64,000 nt of DNA from Psilocybe cubensis (taxonomy: Eukaryota): contig CM039002.1 of NCBI GenBank assembly GCA_017499595.2, positions 1,488,001 through 1,552,000 on the forward strand, in the 5' to 3' direction. The notes below the pieces were generated by a model. The model ran no database searches. It saw only the letters and a list, made by a program, of their open reading frames with translations, and had not been told where the DNA came from. Position numbers and translations under genes: made by a program. Positions 26,417 through 39,254 of this stretch are shown here, one piece after another (within the stretch, counting starts at the first letter, position 1; the number at the start of each line of letters is the position of its first letter).

Positions 26417-28180
26417 ATGTCTGTTGATCCTGAAGCTGTGAAAGTTGACGCACCTATCGTATCTTCGGAGACAGATCAGTCTTTGGAACTCAAGAAAAAG
26501 TACGTATTTAGGCGGTCGCGGTCGGCCAACTGTTGTATGAGGAGTTTTTGTGGACTTCGATCATGATGAACATTGTTTGCTGACTCGAGAATTTTTTTGT
26601 GTTGGTGTTAAATCTTGCCAAGGTCAACGCAGACGGCGCGGGTTGTGTTACCGACTGCTGCTGATGATGCGCATGCGGATGTGGACACCGATGAAGAAGG
26701 TCCGGAGGACGGCGTTGAGGAGGAGACGGACGATGGAGACTTTTTGAGCGAGTTTCCTGATGACACCGAGGTGCGTTTCGTTTGTGCTTACTGGGTATGG
26801 TATTACTTACACCCAGATGCTTATTTTCCTCTGCCGCCCTGGCTGCTGCTGCTACTGCGATCATGGTTGTATGTCTGCATTGTAGGATTTGGAACTCGTG
26901 CACTCAAAAATCGGCTCTTTGGCGGGTCTACGGCTTGCGCGGTTCGCGGAGCATCTGAAGAGATTGTGCCTCCGACAGAACTTCATCTCTATTCTGGAGC
27001 CTGAGACGTTCCATCAACTGACGAAGTTGGAGGAGTTGGATCTGTACGACAACAAATTGAAAGGTGTCGGAGATGCACTGGATAAACTCGAGAATCTGAG
27101 GTGAGCGCGCCGTTCCTCACTTCCCCAGGCCGTCCCAGGTTGTCTGTGGCAAGCGACTCCGGTGGATGGATTTTTGATGTTCTTTGAAGCTAATATGTGG
27201 AATTGGTCACAGCACACTTGATCTGTCGTTCAATCTCCTGCGATCGGTGCCAGACCGCCTGGAGTTTCTGCACTCTTTGGATACCATCTACTTTGTGCAG
27301 AATAAAATAACCAAGATTTCTGGCTTTGCTTCATGCGTCACGTTGAGAAGCTTGGAGTTGGGTGGAAACAAGATTCGTGTTCGTTTCTTTTGTGTTATTT
27401 TGTATATAGGCTACTGTGTCGCTGATTTTGGGTTTTGCAGAAAATCGAAAATCTGGAAAGTCTGGTTAATCTGGAAGAACTTTGGCTTGGGAAGAACAAG
27501 ATCACTAAACTTCAGGTATCACCTTTTTGAAGTATTATCCGGTCCAAGGACGTTATTTATCTTGTTCTAGGGTTTGGGAACGCTTAAGAAGCTCAAGATT
27601 CTTTCTTTGCAATCCAACAGAATTACCAAGTTGGAGGGTCTTGAAGAACTGAAAGATCTTAGCCAGCTATATCTCAGTCACAATGGTATCGAGCGATTAG
27701 AAGGGTTGGAACACAATGTATGTTGTCGCCCACACTTTGATCAATTTGGTGGTCTAATCTTCCTGAGATATAGCTTGAGTTAACTACGCTGGATGTTGGG
27801 AACAATTTCATTCCTGCAATCGAAAATATCTCCCATCTGAAGAAGCTTGAAGAGCTCTGGGTGCGCCATCTTTGGCAATCAATCCGTATTTGTGACTTAC
27901 ACATCGCACCTTCCGTTGTAGATGAATGGAAACAAGATTCCTGATCTTTCGTCCCTGGAACCTGAACTGAGAGGTATATCTACGTTGGAGACTCTGTATC
28001 TGGAACACAACCCCTGTCAGAAGAACGATATGACGGGATACAGGAGGAAGATTCAACTTGCGCTTCCACAGTTGAAGCAAATAGACGCAACGTGAGTTGT
28101 ACTACGATGTTGACAGATTCTTTTGGGTGGCTATCTGACAATTCTGTTTACTTTCCAGGTATACGAGAGCAGCAGCTTGA
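26417..28180 (+). CDS. SDS22: Protein phosphatase 1 regulatory subunit Sds22 (LRR)
   Basis: LKRLCLRQNFI, LEELDLYDNKL, LDLSFNLL, IYFVQNKI, LELGGNKIR, LWLGKNKI, LSLQSNRI, LYLSHNGI; LRR-cap YRRKIQLALPQLKQIDAT. Confidence 0.93.
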
Positions 28181-28505
28181 ACAAGCTCTGATGCAGATGA
28201 CCAAAGTAGTGTTTGTGCACCGTGGTTACACTAATTGATTTATTCGACGGAATACTTTGAGCTTGTATATGCTTGCTTTTGTAATAAATAGCGTAGTAGT
28301 AGTTACAAATAACCGAATACCTTTTTGACAAGCGATAAGTACAGAGTCGTGGATGGATTGAAGCGACTTCGATTTGGCTTTGCGGACAAGTTGCTTCGTC
28401 ACGTGTTACCACAGAAAGAGAGATCTATGGACGTTGTAGCAGGTTAACCGCCACATTGCTCATTTAATAAGGATTCAAGGAACTATATAGCTCATTGAAC
28501 CTCTC

Positions 28506-30080
28506 ATGTCTCACAATAGCAAATCCAAGGCAAAGGGAATCAACGCAAGCTCGTTCTTCGACCTCAAAGCAGAACTCTCAAAACAGGAAGCAGAGTTCGC
28601 CAAAGCCAAAGCAGCCGGGCGCAGCACCTCGATTGTTGGTGGTGTTAAACGTCCAGATAAGGTCGGGTTCGTGGTCGCTTCCATCTTTTATTTCTGTGCT
28701 TACGCGCCGATTCACTTCAGAAACCAACGGTATGGGCACGTCAAAATAAGGGCGTTAATATCCGTGCCGGTCGAGACGTTGAATTGGAAGAGGTTGCAAA
28801 GCCTACACTTGACTCGGCTAGAGCAGCTTTAGAGCGGAAAGCGAAAATATACGAAAAGCTCAGAAGAGGGAAGACTGGAGGCTTGAACGATGCGCAGTAT
28901 GACGCACTTCTGGTCGATGTGCGTACTTTTTCTCTTTCTAATCGCCACCTTCGTACACAAGTTGATTCTGCGTCCTACTGTAGTTTGACACGGATAACGT
29001 TACCTCAAAGTACTATGAAGCAGATAGCGCAGATGAAGATGAGAGTTTAACGGTACCTACACGTCCTGAGGTACGTTTATACTTCTCGTCTGCCCTTTTT
29101 TTCTTTCTTTAACTCTTAAATTGCACCAGGATGACCCTATGGTGGAATATGAAGACGAATTTGGACGAATACGAACAGCACGACGCTCTGAAGTGCCCAG
29201 AAATATGATTACAAATCGTGAAGATGAGGTCGACGAAGATGAGTAAGTTGGGATGCGCTATTGGGTCAATATAGTCTTATACTGATTTTGAAATATGTAG
29301 AGATATCATCATACGTAAGTAGCGTTATCGCGCCGCTAAAGGACTCAGAGAGACTAACATTACACAGGAAACCCCGTCAACCACTTCCCCACTTACCAGC
29401 CAACTGAGGAGAGACTGGCTGAAATAGCAAAACAATACGCAGAGGAAAACAATCCTTTGAGTCAGCATTATGATGCTTCGAAGGAGGTACGCGCTAAGGG
29501 TGCCGGATTCTACCAATTCTCTGGCGACGAGGCGACGAGGGCTGCACAAATGGAAGAGCTCAAAGCTTCAAGAGAAGAGACGACTAGGATAAGACAAGAA
29601 TTGGGAGCCGAAGATGTCAAGTTTGGCGAGATCGAGGGCATGCGACACGGCGAAGGACAGGGAGGTACGGCAGGGGGACCAGTGGTTAGCAGGGGCGCTG
29701 AGAAAAGGAAAAGAGAGCTTGAAGAAAGAAGGAAATTGCTCGAAGCTAAAAGAAAGAAAGCGAAGGTTTCCGACTCCTCTGCCGCTACCCCTTCGAGTTC
29801 TGCTACTCCAGAGATCAAGGTGACGTCGCAAGATCTCAACAAATTGCGCGCTGCTTCGCCACCACCGCCACAGGCTACATCTGCAAACCGAGTTTCGCGC
29901 TTCAGCGACCGTCAATCAATTAAAGAAACTAGTCCTGCTTCAAGTGATCCTTTTGCGGCTCTCGAATCGAAACTAACGTCTTCTTCCAAAGCAAAAGGGA
30001 AAAGTAAAGCAGAATATCCTACGAATGATGCAGATTCGTTCTTGGCCCAATTAGAACAAGAGTTTCTGGCCAAAAGATAA
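28506..30080 (+). CDS. CCDC174-like coiled-coil protein (DUF4078 family)
   Basis: SSFFDLKAEL, ARAALERKAKIYEKL, LLVDF, VEYEDEFGRIR, HYDASKEVRAKGAGFYQFSGDEATRAAQMEELK. Confidence 0.8.
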
Positions 30081-30139
30081 TGTGACCATCGTGATTTTTA
30101 CCGTTCGTCTCTCTAGATCTATCATCCGACATTGCCACC

Positions 30140-31289
30140 TCAGTCATTCCTCATTACATTCTGTGCTTCGTGCACTAGCCGCTCTGGGCAACGGAGTGAA
30201 AATCTATCCCCCGTTTTCCCATACATCACTGTTGCCTCTCCCCGACTCCAGCCCCTCTCTTTCACCTCTTCTTTTCCCGCAACTACGTCCTCCATGAAGT
30301 ATTTCGCTTTTATAAGAACATCTAACGCTGGCTGCCGCGCTGTACAGTGGCCGGAGTTGATCAGAATTTCTGAGGGTGCTTGACCCTTGTCATCGGAGCC
30401 TTGTAGTACAGAGTTTTTCTCCTCCACGAAGGATATCAGATAGTCCATCGAAGAAAACCAGGTTGCGATCGACCCTTCTTTCGGGAAAATAATTGGCTCC
30501 CATTCATAGAGAGAATCTCCGACGTAGAGCATCTTTTCTACTTCATCATAGAGGGCGATTTCGTCCGGTGTATGTCCTGGCGTGTGCAAGATTGTCATAC
30601 CTAATGGCTTTTTGTCGGCATCGGATGAAAGAATATTATGCATGTGTGGCACGAGGGTTGGTGTGTATTGAGGAGTCGTCAAGTTTAGCGCATTACAAAT
30701 GGAATGCTCGGGTATCGCATCTTTCTCAAGAAAACTGGGGGAATGTGCGGAGGCGAGAATCGGCCAATCTTTACTGTTCTCATGGTCAAAGCAGAGTTGT
30801 CAAAAATGGCCGTTGAAGTGACTTACAAGTCTTCAACCGCCACTGCAAAGGATCAGGATTTGAAATTCATATGGGATACAACGACTTCAACGCACAAATA
30901 TGATCGTAATGGACGTGTGTCAAGGCTACCACGTAGCCCATCTTTCCTCCTTCGTTAATTGGTGCCCCATTATTATCTTTGACATTGGCGGATTCAATAA
31001 ACTTTCGCAAACTAGTTATCTCGATATCTGTGTCATTTGACAAACCGCCGCATCCCGTGTCGATGATGAGGATTGTGTTCGCTGATGGAACGACTTTGGC
31101 GTATATGAAAGGATGTTCAGAGAAAATATCATTGTATTCGGTGATAAGAAAAGTGCTCGGTGTCAGTCGTGACGCACGAAATGCGGCCTTGGGTAACTGA
31201 GTTGTAAAATATGTCTGCGTAGAATAGGCTAGATAGCTTATGACGGCACAACCTGCTGCTGCCCATAATCTGGCGGAGAAGGTGAACAT
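30140..31289 (-). CDS. Metallo-beta-lactamase-fold hydrolase (MBLAC2-like); the frame is also open from an upstream ATG at 31373
   Basis: IIDTGCG, THVHYDHI (HxHxDH), HTPGHTPD, LYVGDSLY, NSGH; N-terminal hydrophobic segment. Confidence 0.85.
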
Positions 31290-31377
31290 TGGAGAGGAAT
31301 GAGGTGGGAATCCAACGAACCACTCACTCTCAACCGTCCATGATTTCTCCCATGTATTCTGACTTCTTGTCATTCTA

Positions 31378-31653
31378 TCAGCCCCCTGACACTGGGCATA
31401 TCACAGCAACTTCCTCGCCTCCCTTCAGCAAAATGGTCTCAGGGTCGTCCACCATCTCGAGATCAACGCTCCACTGGCTTGCATCTATGATTTCCTTGAG
31501 GCCTACATTTGGGTGCCGCGATACCAATAGTTCGGTCAATCCTAAAAGCTTTAGACCACTTTCAGGTATCGGGACTTCCTCTGATGTTATTCCCGTTGCA
31601 GTAGAGGCTGCTGCGAAATACAGAACAGTTATCGTTTTTGCATGATCTGACAT
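31378..31653 (-). CDS. MOCS2A: Molybdopterin synthase sulfur-carrier subunit (MoaD/MOCS2A/CnxG)
   Basis: Intronless, 91 aa: ITVLYFAAASTATG...LKGGEEVAVICPVSGG* with C-terminal di-glycine. Confidence 0.93.
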   Translation of the reverse strand: MSDHAKTITVLYFAAASTATGITSEEVPIPESGLKLLGLTELLVSRHPNVGLKEIIDASQWSVDLEMVDDPETILLKGGEEVAVICPVSGG

Positions 31654-31824
31654 GATGATGGAAGATAAGCAAGGAGCTTTCCGAACGAGTCAAAACGTCG
31701 GGTATTTGTATAGAAATTCAAAAGTAGTTGGGATCCAGTAACATGGTAAATTACAATAAGTTGTGCTTTCCAACACTTACTTGTCTGATTGCACTCTGAT
31801 ATAATCGCGATGATACAGATAAAA

Positions 31825-32872
31825 CTAGCGGCGAAGGGGTTTTAACTCTACCGTCCACCATATTGGCTTGGACGTCCTAATTCGAACGATTGGCTCCTCA
31901 GGAAGTAAGTGGTTAGATGTCGATATTAAGCCCTCGAAAGATGATGTATCGTTGGCTAGGAATGATTTTTAGATTGCTAAGGAAGTTGTGATAACGTTTC
32001 TTTGGACGCACTCAAATTCCATCTTAATCCTGAGGTGGTAAGAATAGTTTCATCGATGCCTACTGGAAGAAGGCCGCACGTTTGACCAAGGAGGTCGTGG
32101 TCGATTTCAATTTCGTGTTCTCCCTGCCATGTGTTCGTTCTTATTATTCCTCAGAAGGACGAAAAAAATCAAGGTCTTACCGAGTCAAGCACCCAACCAA
32201 CGTTTTCATCTGTCACGACGAAGACACGTTGGCGTTGCTTGCGCAATTTGTGAAGGTATGATAAAGTGTGAATAGTTTGATCCAAGCGTCCCGTTAAGCC
32301 ACCGAGAAGAAGAATTTCATAGCGCTAACAATATTTCAGTCCATCTTCGAAACGTTGAATAATCGATTTACTCGCCTGTCGCTCGGAGCTTTCCTTCTCC
32401 TCCAGGGCACTAATGCATTTCATCAAGTCTGTCGAATCTTGATCGCCATCTTTAATTATTGTGACGCCCTGTATTTAGCATTAAGTTTAATTAACCAGCT
32501 CCCAAGATGTTTTATCGTACAAGATTAGCGTAGAAATTCCGAACGTCCTGACGAAGTGAATCTAAATCTCCTTTTATCAGGTCGGGAAGATAACTTGACA
32601 GTCGGAAGTTTTCAGTTACTCTTCACTGTTGAGTGGTAGAAACATGGCTAGAGGTCCTACTTGGTACGTTCTTCAGCCTGGAGAGCATCGTAAAGTCGAT
32701 TGGCGCCTCCATCAGCGCAGCAATGCCATTGCGTCGAGGACCAGATTCTTTGTAGGAGGTTTAAGGAGAAAGAGGTATTTAGAATAATAAGCGCATTGCG
32801 GCCTTCAGTGGGAGCAACAGCTCCTTCATCTCGAAGGAAATGCACATTCCACTCTGTAGGAGTCGACGACAT
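31825..32872 (-). CDS. THI80: Thiamine pyrophosphokinase
   Basis: ALIILN, CCADGGANRLYD, PDLIKGDLDSLR, DQDSTDLMKC, GGLTGRLDQTIHT, GQTCGLLPVG, TTSGLRWNL, LISTSNH. Confidence 0.92.
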
Positions 32873-33110
32873 TGCGGTAACAATTACACGGGTGAGAGCA
32901 GCCTCGAAATAACCGCAATTGGAAGTAAAGATTGCGATCACCTTCACTTGACTTAAAAAAAAATTTGTCGAGGTTCAACCAAGACTTGAATATTTTCCAG
33001 TATGATAAATTAGACGGAAAGCATTGTCTAATGAGGTAAATACATTTGGTATCGAGCATTGAGCAGTGTTTCTGCGGTATATCCCGTCATAGTATTACAT
33101 TTATCAAGTA

Positions 33111-34863
33111 TTACGAGCTCTGGCTCCTCCTTGACCAGTTTGAGAAGCTCAGGGCGCCGACAATCCCTACAACCAACAAAGCAGTCCCTGCACCAATTAT
33201 TCCAGGTATATAAAGGTACCATGTATTGTCATAATCGTCCATGTCTGTGTTTGGTTTTTCAAGAACAATCTCTTCCTCTCTTTTTCTGCGTCGACGAACG
33301 ACAGGAATCTCTGTTTCTGAGTCTTCGTAGTGCGACTCTTTGGACTGGATGCTGTCAGGCGCCGACGGAGTCAGATGCATGATGGGCATTTCCAGCTCTA
33401 AACCAGCATCGGATGGCAAGGCAGGTATGTCGAGGATAGGATACAATGTTCTTGCTCGTTCAAAGAACTCCGCGGCCGCTTCACGATCACGTTTCCAGGC
33501 TTCCGTACCACCTTCGCCAATTTGAGCTTGAATAGGTATACGAATAGAGGCCAGAGTAGAGTAGGACGCGGCAAGCAAAGTAGATGCTGCGCCCTCGAGA
33601 TGTAATAAGCCTGCTTCAAGGTAAAGTTGTGCAAGGCCCCTATATCCGCCAATGGAGTGAAGATAATAGGCTGTACTTCCAGGGGCAGGTTTTCCGACCG
33701 GTTCAACAATCTCTTCAGTCGATTCGAGAGGTAGGTAATGAGACACAAGCCGCATGGTGGCCGATGGGACATGTGCCTGCTTCCATGACCGTCTGGCAAA
33801 CAAGCATCGTAAACCTAACGCTGAGATAATGAAGGTACACAGCACTCACAGGAAATACTCGAAAGCTTCTTGCTTTTCCTTACGTATATCAGACAGCTCT
33901 AAAGCAATCAACGCCAAGCTTGTTGGATCCATGTTATACTTTTCTTCTGACTCCTCATTTGCATCAAAGACCACCACTGTGTTTGAAATGCTCGAGGACA
34001 AAGATTCAGGGACTGGTCCAACGATGAGAGATGGCCAAATTGTGGATTGCTCTTTCTCCAGGTGAACAGTCAGCAATCTACCTGACTGTGGTGATTGTCG
34101 GGAATCTAGGGAAGAGAAGGACGACGTCATACTGGGGTGGGCATGGCCAGGGGACACAGAGCGAGAGTGGATAGGGTTTGGACTGAGCTTGCGGCGTTGG
34201 ACAGGATATAAGCCTTCGTCAGCGTATGCAAGCACTGGCGATGAAGGCGAAGGCGAATAGACATCTTCAGCGTCTGATACAGGACCACTTTCGAGAGAGG
34301 CAGCAAAGCTGCTTGATATATCTGGATCAGAGACAAATGCGTAAGATGAGTGTGTCGATGTTGTTGATGCTGTAGAGTGGGTTCGTTCCCGAGCGGTTAA
34401 ATGCGAGCTACGAGGTTCCAATTGCCACACGCAGCTATCGGTGTCGACAGAGCCATATATCCTCCCCTATGTATCTTTAATACCAAACATAACAAACAGG
34501 AACACAAGACAAGGGCACCTTGACAATGGGGGGATTTCCTTTGACGCTGATGATTAAATGTTCCTTGTCAATGACAACCTATGAGGATGTGTCGAGCGTA
34601 AGCAGCGTTCATACTAAAGGAACATGCATGCAAGCCTTACTGATAAATCCTCATCTTGAACTGAGTATGGTACCATAAGGAGCACCGTAGCCTAGTATTA
34701 CACTTGAATGAGCACCTTCTCACCACCGAAAACCCAATTTAATCCACCTGATCATGCGACTATGAATTAGAGTCTGGTCAGCACGAGGCAGATCGACAAG
34801 ATGTTAAGGCTTGACCTGGTGCCATGAATAGGGATAATAGCGTCTTTCGTTGAATCTGTCCAT
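33111..34863 (-). CDS. Uncharacterised protein: NudC-like CS (HSP20-like) domain, helical region and C-terminal transmembrane anchor
   Basis: Spliced: MDRFNERRYYPYSWHQ|SHDQ|ATVLLMVPYSVQDEDLS|VVIDKEHLIISVKGNPPIVK|GRIYGSVDTDSCVWQLE...LLTVHLEK...IWPSLI; tail YIPGIIGAGTALLVVGIVGALSF. Confidence 0.75.
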
Positions 34864-35283
34864 GAGTGCGTTGGGGAAGAAATGGGGGAAGAATGTGGTA
34901 TGAGTACAAGCAACAAGAACAGCCCCAAACAGATGGCGGTGACTCGGGCAGTCGGAATTACGCGAGGCCCACTTTGGCACAGGGGCGTCTAAAGTAGCAA
35001 TAAATCGGCCACGTGTTCGTGTAATTCTCTCTCCATCCCGGCATTCAACCTGAACGAGGTGCGGAACGAGGCAAAATGTACTTAGGAGTCGAGTGCTGTC
35101 AAGAGCATTATGGAAAAGCATTATCAAAAATATCATTCGTTATGATGTTCCAAAAAAAAATGCGACGATACAACAAAGCATTTAAAATCAATATGGTATA
35201 TATAAGATTGAAGCGGGATAACGAAGCGAAATAAATAGTCCAACGTATGTATGTGTGTATGGCTGGGAATGCAAAATGCTAGT

Positions 35284-38200
35284 CTAGGTAGGGTTAGCTG
35301 TCTGTTTCAGATGAGTTGCTATTCTCTTGATGTGGTCTCTCTCATCTTCAATATGCTGAATGAGCATGCCATCTAGTTTTCTGAGCGATTCCTGCTTCTC
35401 TTGATTATGTCTCCACGTATGCACATGGTCAGCAGTAGCAGGTCTGCGAGCCCCTTCGGCATCGCCAGCGAGAGCCGAGAAATTAAGCGGATTATCTTGA
35501 GCGTATTTGAAGAAATCATAGGAAGAACCCTGTGCATCGTTCTTCGATAGTAAGGAGGGAGTTTTGTTGGATATAGGCTGTTTAGAGTGAGCATCGTGTC
35601 CAATTGGAGGCCGGTTTTGGCGGATATAGGGTGTGGAATAATTGCCATGCTTCATTATCGGACTGCGCGATCCACCAGGAGACGTACTGACCGATGCGGC
35701 TCTATTTCGTGGATCGTCGTATATTTGAGGGGTAATACGCGGTGGTTCGTCTTCACTTTCGTCTGAAGATGATTCCAAATCATCCATGGCATTAGGTTGA
35801 CTCTGAATATCATCGAAGAAAGACGTTAACGAAGATGGCCCTGGAGCTGACCGCAGTCCAGGCGAAAGCGAAACCATAGAAGTATCGATAGAGAGAGGGG
35901 GAGTGTGGAAATGACTACGATGTCCAGATCCAGGCAGAGGAGGTGTAGTAGGTTCGGGAGCTGTGATGTGGAACGTAGGGTCGTCTGAGCTTTCACGCAA
36001 GCTGTCTTCTCTTCGAGAAGACGACGAGCTTAATTGTTTCTTTACACCTTGATAGTTCAAAGAAGTGGTCCGAGGTGGTGGTGGTAGCGGTGTATAAGCC
36101 AAAGAGCTTGAATGCCTTGGAGGCGGGGATGTAGCAGCAGAACGAGCGGAAACACTTGACCTGTATGTAGCCACTCGTTCAAGCGGTTCGCCAGTAAATC
36201 GAGAGGGTTCCGATTGAACCGGAGACACTGACTGAGAATCATGATTAAGCATATCCTGGAATGTAGACGTTGTAGGTGATTGTGAGGCATGAGAATATTC
36301 AGACATAGAAGGCTTGCTTCGCATGGCCGACAGCGCCAGAGATCTTCGAGGTAATGCTTCGTTGTCGGAAAGGTGCACTTCGGAGGCGTCGTCATCTACG
36401 CTTGTGCGGATGGACCGTGACGATGATGCTTGGGAAAATCTAGGATCGTAAGGAGGCATAGGTGGAGGTGAACTGAGGTCAAGTCTCGATAATGATGTAT
36501 TGTATCCGTCTGTCATTAACGGCGACGAAGCTGCCCGTCGTAGAATATGGCGGGAATCATCAAGACTACGTACTGACAAAGGAGAGACTCGTCCATTGGT
36601 TGCATTAGATTGGGACAATGAAAACGCAGAGTTAGGGAATCTTCTAGGTGGAGGCGGCCCAAGTGGTGTTAGCGGTCCAGACGGCGTGTCCACGCGCTGG
36701 TAGCTCGTGGGTCTTGATAGTTCTTGAGAACCGTCAGGAGTGGAAACAGTCAAACCAGCCTTCGAAATACTTTTCGCAGTCGACGCATTAGACTTCTCAC
36801 GAAAATGCTTGATCTTGGAAGGACTCTCTGGAAGAGGATGATTTGTGATCTTTTGCTGCAGCAGATTCTGGGTAGCTTTAGGTGTATCTTGATGTGGGGA
36901 ATCAGTGGGAATTGACATCGGAGAACTCAAGGGAGTCGATGGAGCAATGATCTGAGAAAGAGTCGAAACATCCGGGGTATTGTCTAGAGAATGATGTACA
37001 GCTTGATGCAACAATGCTTTTCTCCAGGTGTCCTCAACAGGATCATATGCGGGTGTATGTTTACCAGGAGGTAGACGCTCAGCAAGAATATCTGCACCTA
37101 CTGATTCTGAAACTCCCAAGCCATGCATTGCCGAAGCCTGAACTGCAAAAGGATAAGACGGAGATGGAGGGGGTATATCTACAGCGTCTGTTGGGTCGAT
37201 GATATCGTCTACAGAAGTTGAATCGCCCTTCTGAGAGGTTTGTTCAAGTCGAGCACCCCGCATCTTAATGTCTTGTTCAGACTGCTTGGCAGCGACGGCA
37301 ATGTCCGTCATTTTCTCTCGTACAACCACCACTCTTCCCCTAGGTGCTGGATTCGGACTATGCATAGGGACATTAGGCGCCTGTTGTGGAGGTCGCGATT
37401 GATTGCCCCGGAGGGCATAGGAAGCTGTGATAGAGTCGGCCGTGGTTCGAAGCATCGGAGCCATGGGATCAAACGCTGATCCTTGTCCAGTTGGGGTTGT
37501 TGGCTTCGACTTCGATTTGCCGACCCGAAAGAGGTCCAGAAAATTAGGCGCGGGGGAACGTGGCGACTTCTTCGAGGGGTTCAGGGAGGAAGATACGAGG
37601 TCTGCAGGAGAAGGCTTCGAATGTGCTGGGGGGAGAAAATAATTATTCTTGACAAGTAAACGGAGACGATATGCCACATCGTCGCCGTCGAAATCCTGCA
37701 CTTCGTTGACTTCGACGCTGAATGGCACAGCGTCAGCTTGGCTTGCCATCGATTGTGGTGATGTCGGAGATTCGGGCGCAGAGGCAGTGGACGTGGAAGG
37801 AGGGTAAAGAGAGGACGACACCCCCGACTGTTGCGTCGATACCGAGTCGCGTACATTGATCACCGGTGTCAAGGCAGGATCTCGTTGAAAAGCTGATGGA
37901 GGGGGTCGATACCCGGTGTCTAGATGCGGTAGAGTAGACGCCTGTTTACTTGCCTTTGACTTTTGTATAGAGCACGGTTTAGCTCAAGTTGGACGCGTGC
38001 AAAGTTTAAACACGTACCGGCTTCCCAGAAATAGAGGTGATTGGAACAGGAGCCGCATCAACGAATGTTGGGTCTGCATCGGTAGCACCCTGTGAGGACG
38101 CCGTATCACTGCTACGTATCTCATTTGCGTCAAGTCTATGAGGAGACCTTGGAGGCCGACTAGGAGGCTCGTTCAGGGGCGTTGGGGACGAGGATACTTT

Positions 38201-38431
38201 GTAGTCCTCTGATGGAGCCTCGTGAAATGGCGAAGCAAGATAAGGTAGGTCTGAGGGCGAGGTTGGGAGTTCGGGGACATCCTCAGCACGGAAGGACCCT
38301 CCGGTGACAGTGCGCGAACGTGCCCTGCTTGTTGTTCTTGGCCGGCGGGAGAGACTGACGCCACTAGCTATGCTGGAATTGCTTGCCATCGAGCGCAAGG
38401 AGCCCGGCCTGTGGGTGGGGACAGCTTCCAT
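35284..38431 (-). CDS. Large Ser/Pro-rich hypothetical protein with C-terminal coiled-coil
   Basis: 862-aa open exon plus an upstream exon (MEAVPTHRPGSLRS...) joined by a short intron near 37965-38016; no recognised domain. Confidence 0.75.
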
Positions 38432-38612
38432 TGATGACCACGGGGAATGCAAGAACCGTGGCGAAGTGGAGAGAACCAAGCTTCCAGGGACGAGTGTTCC
38501 TGCAAATTCAACAAATTCACTGTCAGGGTCGCGATATTTGCATTAGGTAAGCCAACTTGGCTTCTTTCCTCCCACACGACCACGTACACCAGACAGAATC
38601 AAAAGATCCATA

Positions 38613-39254
38613 ATGTCCTCTTTCCTCGCTCCTTGTAGGTCCAAGACGCGCTCTATTGTTATCTCCATCATTTCACTCAGTCACGTTTCTAAAGATCTCC
38701 CATCCTCCGCAGGATGGCTCGCATACTGGCAGCTGTTCGTTGCTGGTGCGGCCGTGTTCAATAGCATCCAGAATCTTCTGACGCTCAAGCTGACCCGTAA
38801 ACTCTACAACAATGTTCCCGCCACCTCTGGTGCGTCTGTGATCCCGTTGCGAGCAGGCTAGCAGAATAAACGACGTGACACGTCAGTGACCGCCCTCCAA
38901 GCGCGTACCTTTGCTGTGTGGACTCTGACGTCCGCAGTCATTCGTGGTTATGCTGCATACAATATCAACAACAAAATGTACGCGACTTGTATGCTTTGAA
39001 CTGCGTTGGTCATCTGACACGTCAAATTAGTATTTATGATATAGCACTCTTGTCCTATCTCATTGCCTTTGGCCACTTTTTCTCCGAACTCCTCATTTTC
39101 CGAACGGCAAAGCTCTTTCCAGGTGTAATAAGCCCTGTCATTGTCTCAAGTAAGACTGCAACACCCAGTTTCACTCCCTGTCGTCTGACCTCCTTTATCA
39201 GCTACAAGTCTTGTCTGGATGTTCACCCAGTATGACTTCTATGTTCGAGGGTGA
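38613..39254 (+). CDS. ERG28: Ergosterol biosynthesis scaffold protein Erg28
   Basis: MSSFLAP|YLPSSAGWLAYWQLFV, FNSIQN, VTALQARTFAVWTLTSAVIRGYAAYNI, IAFGHFFSELLIFRTA, WMFTQYDFYV. Confidence 0.92.
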
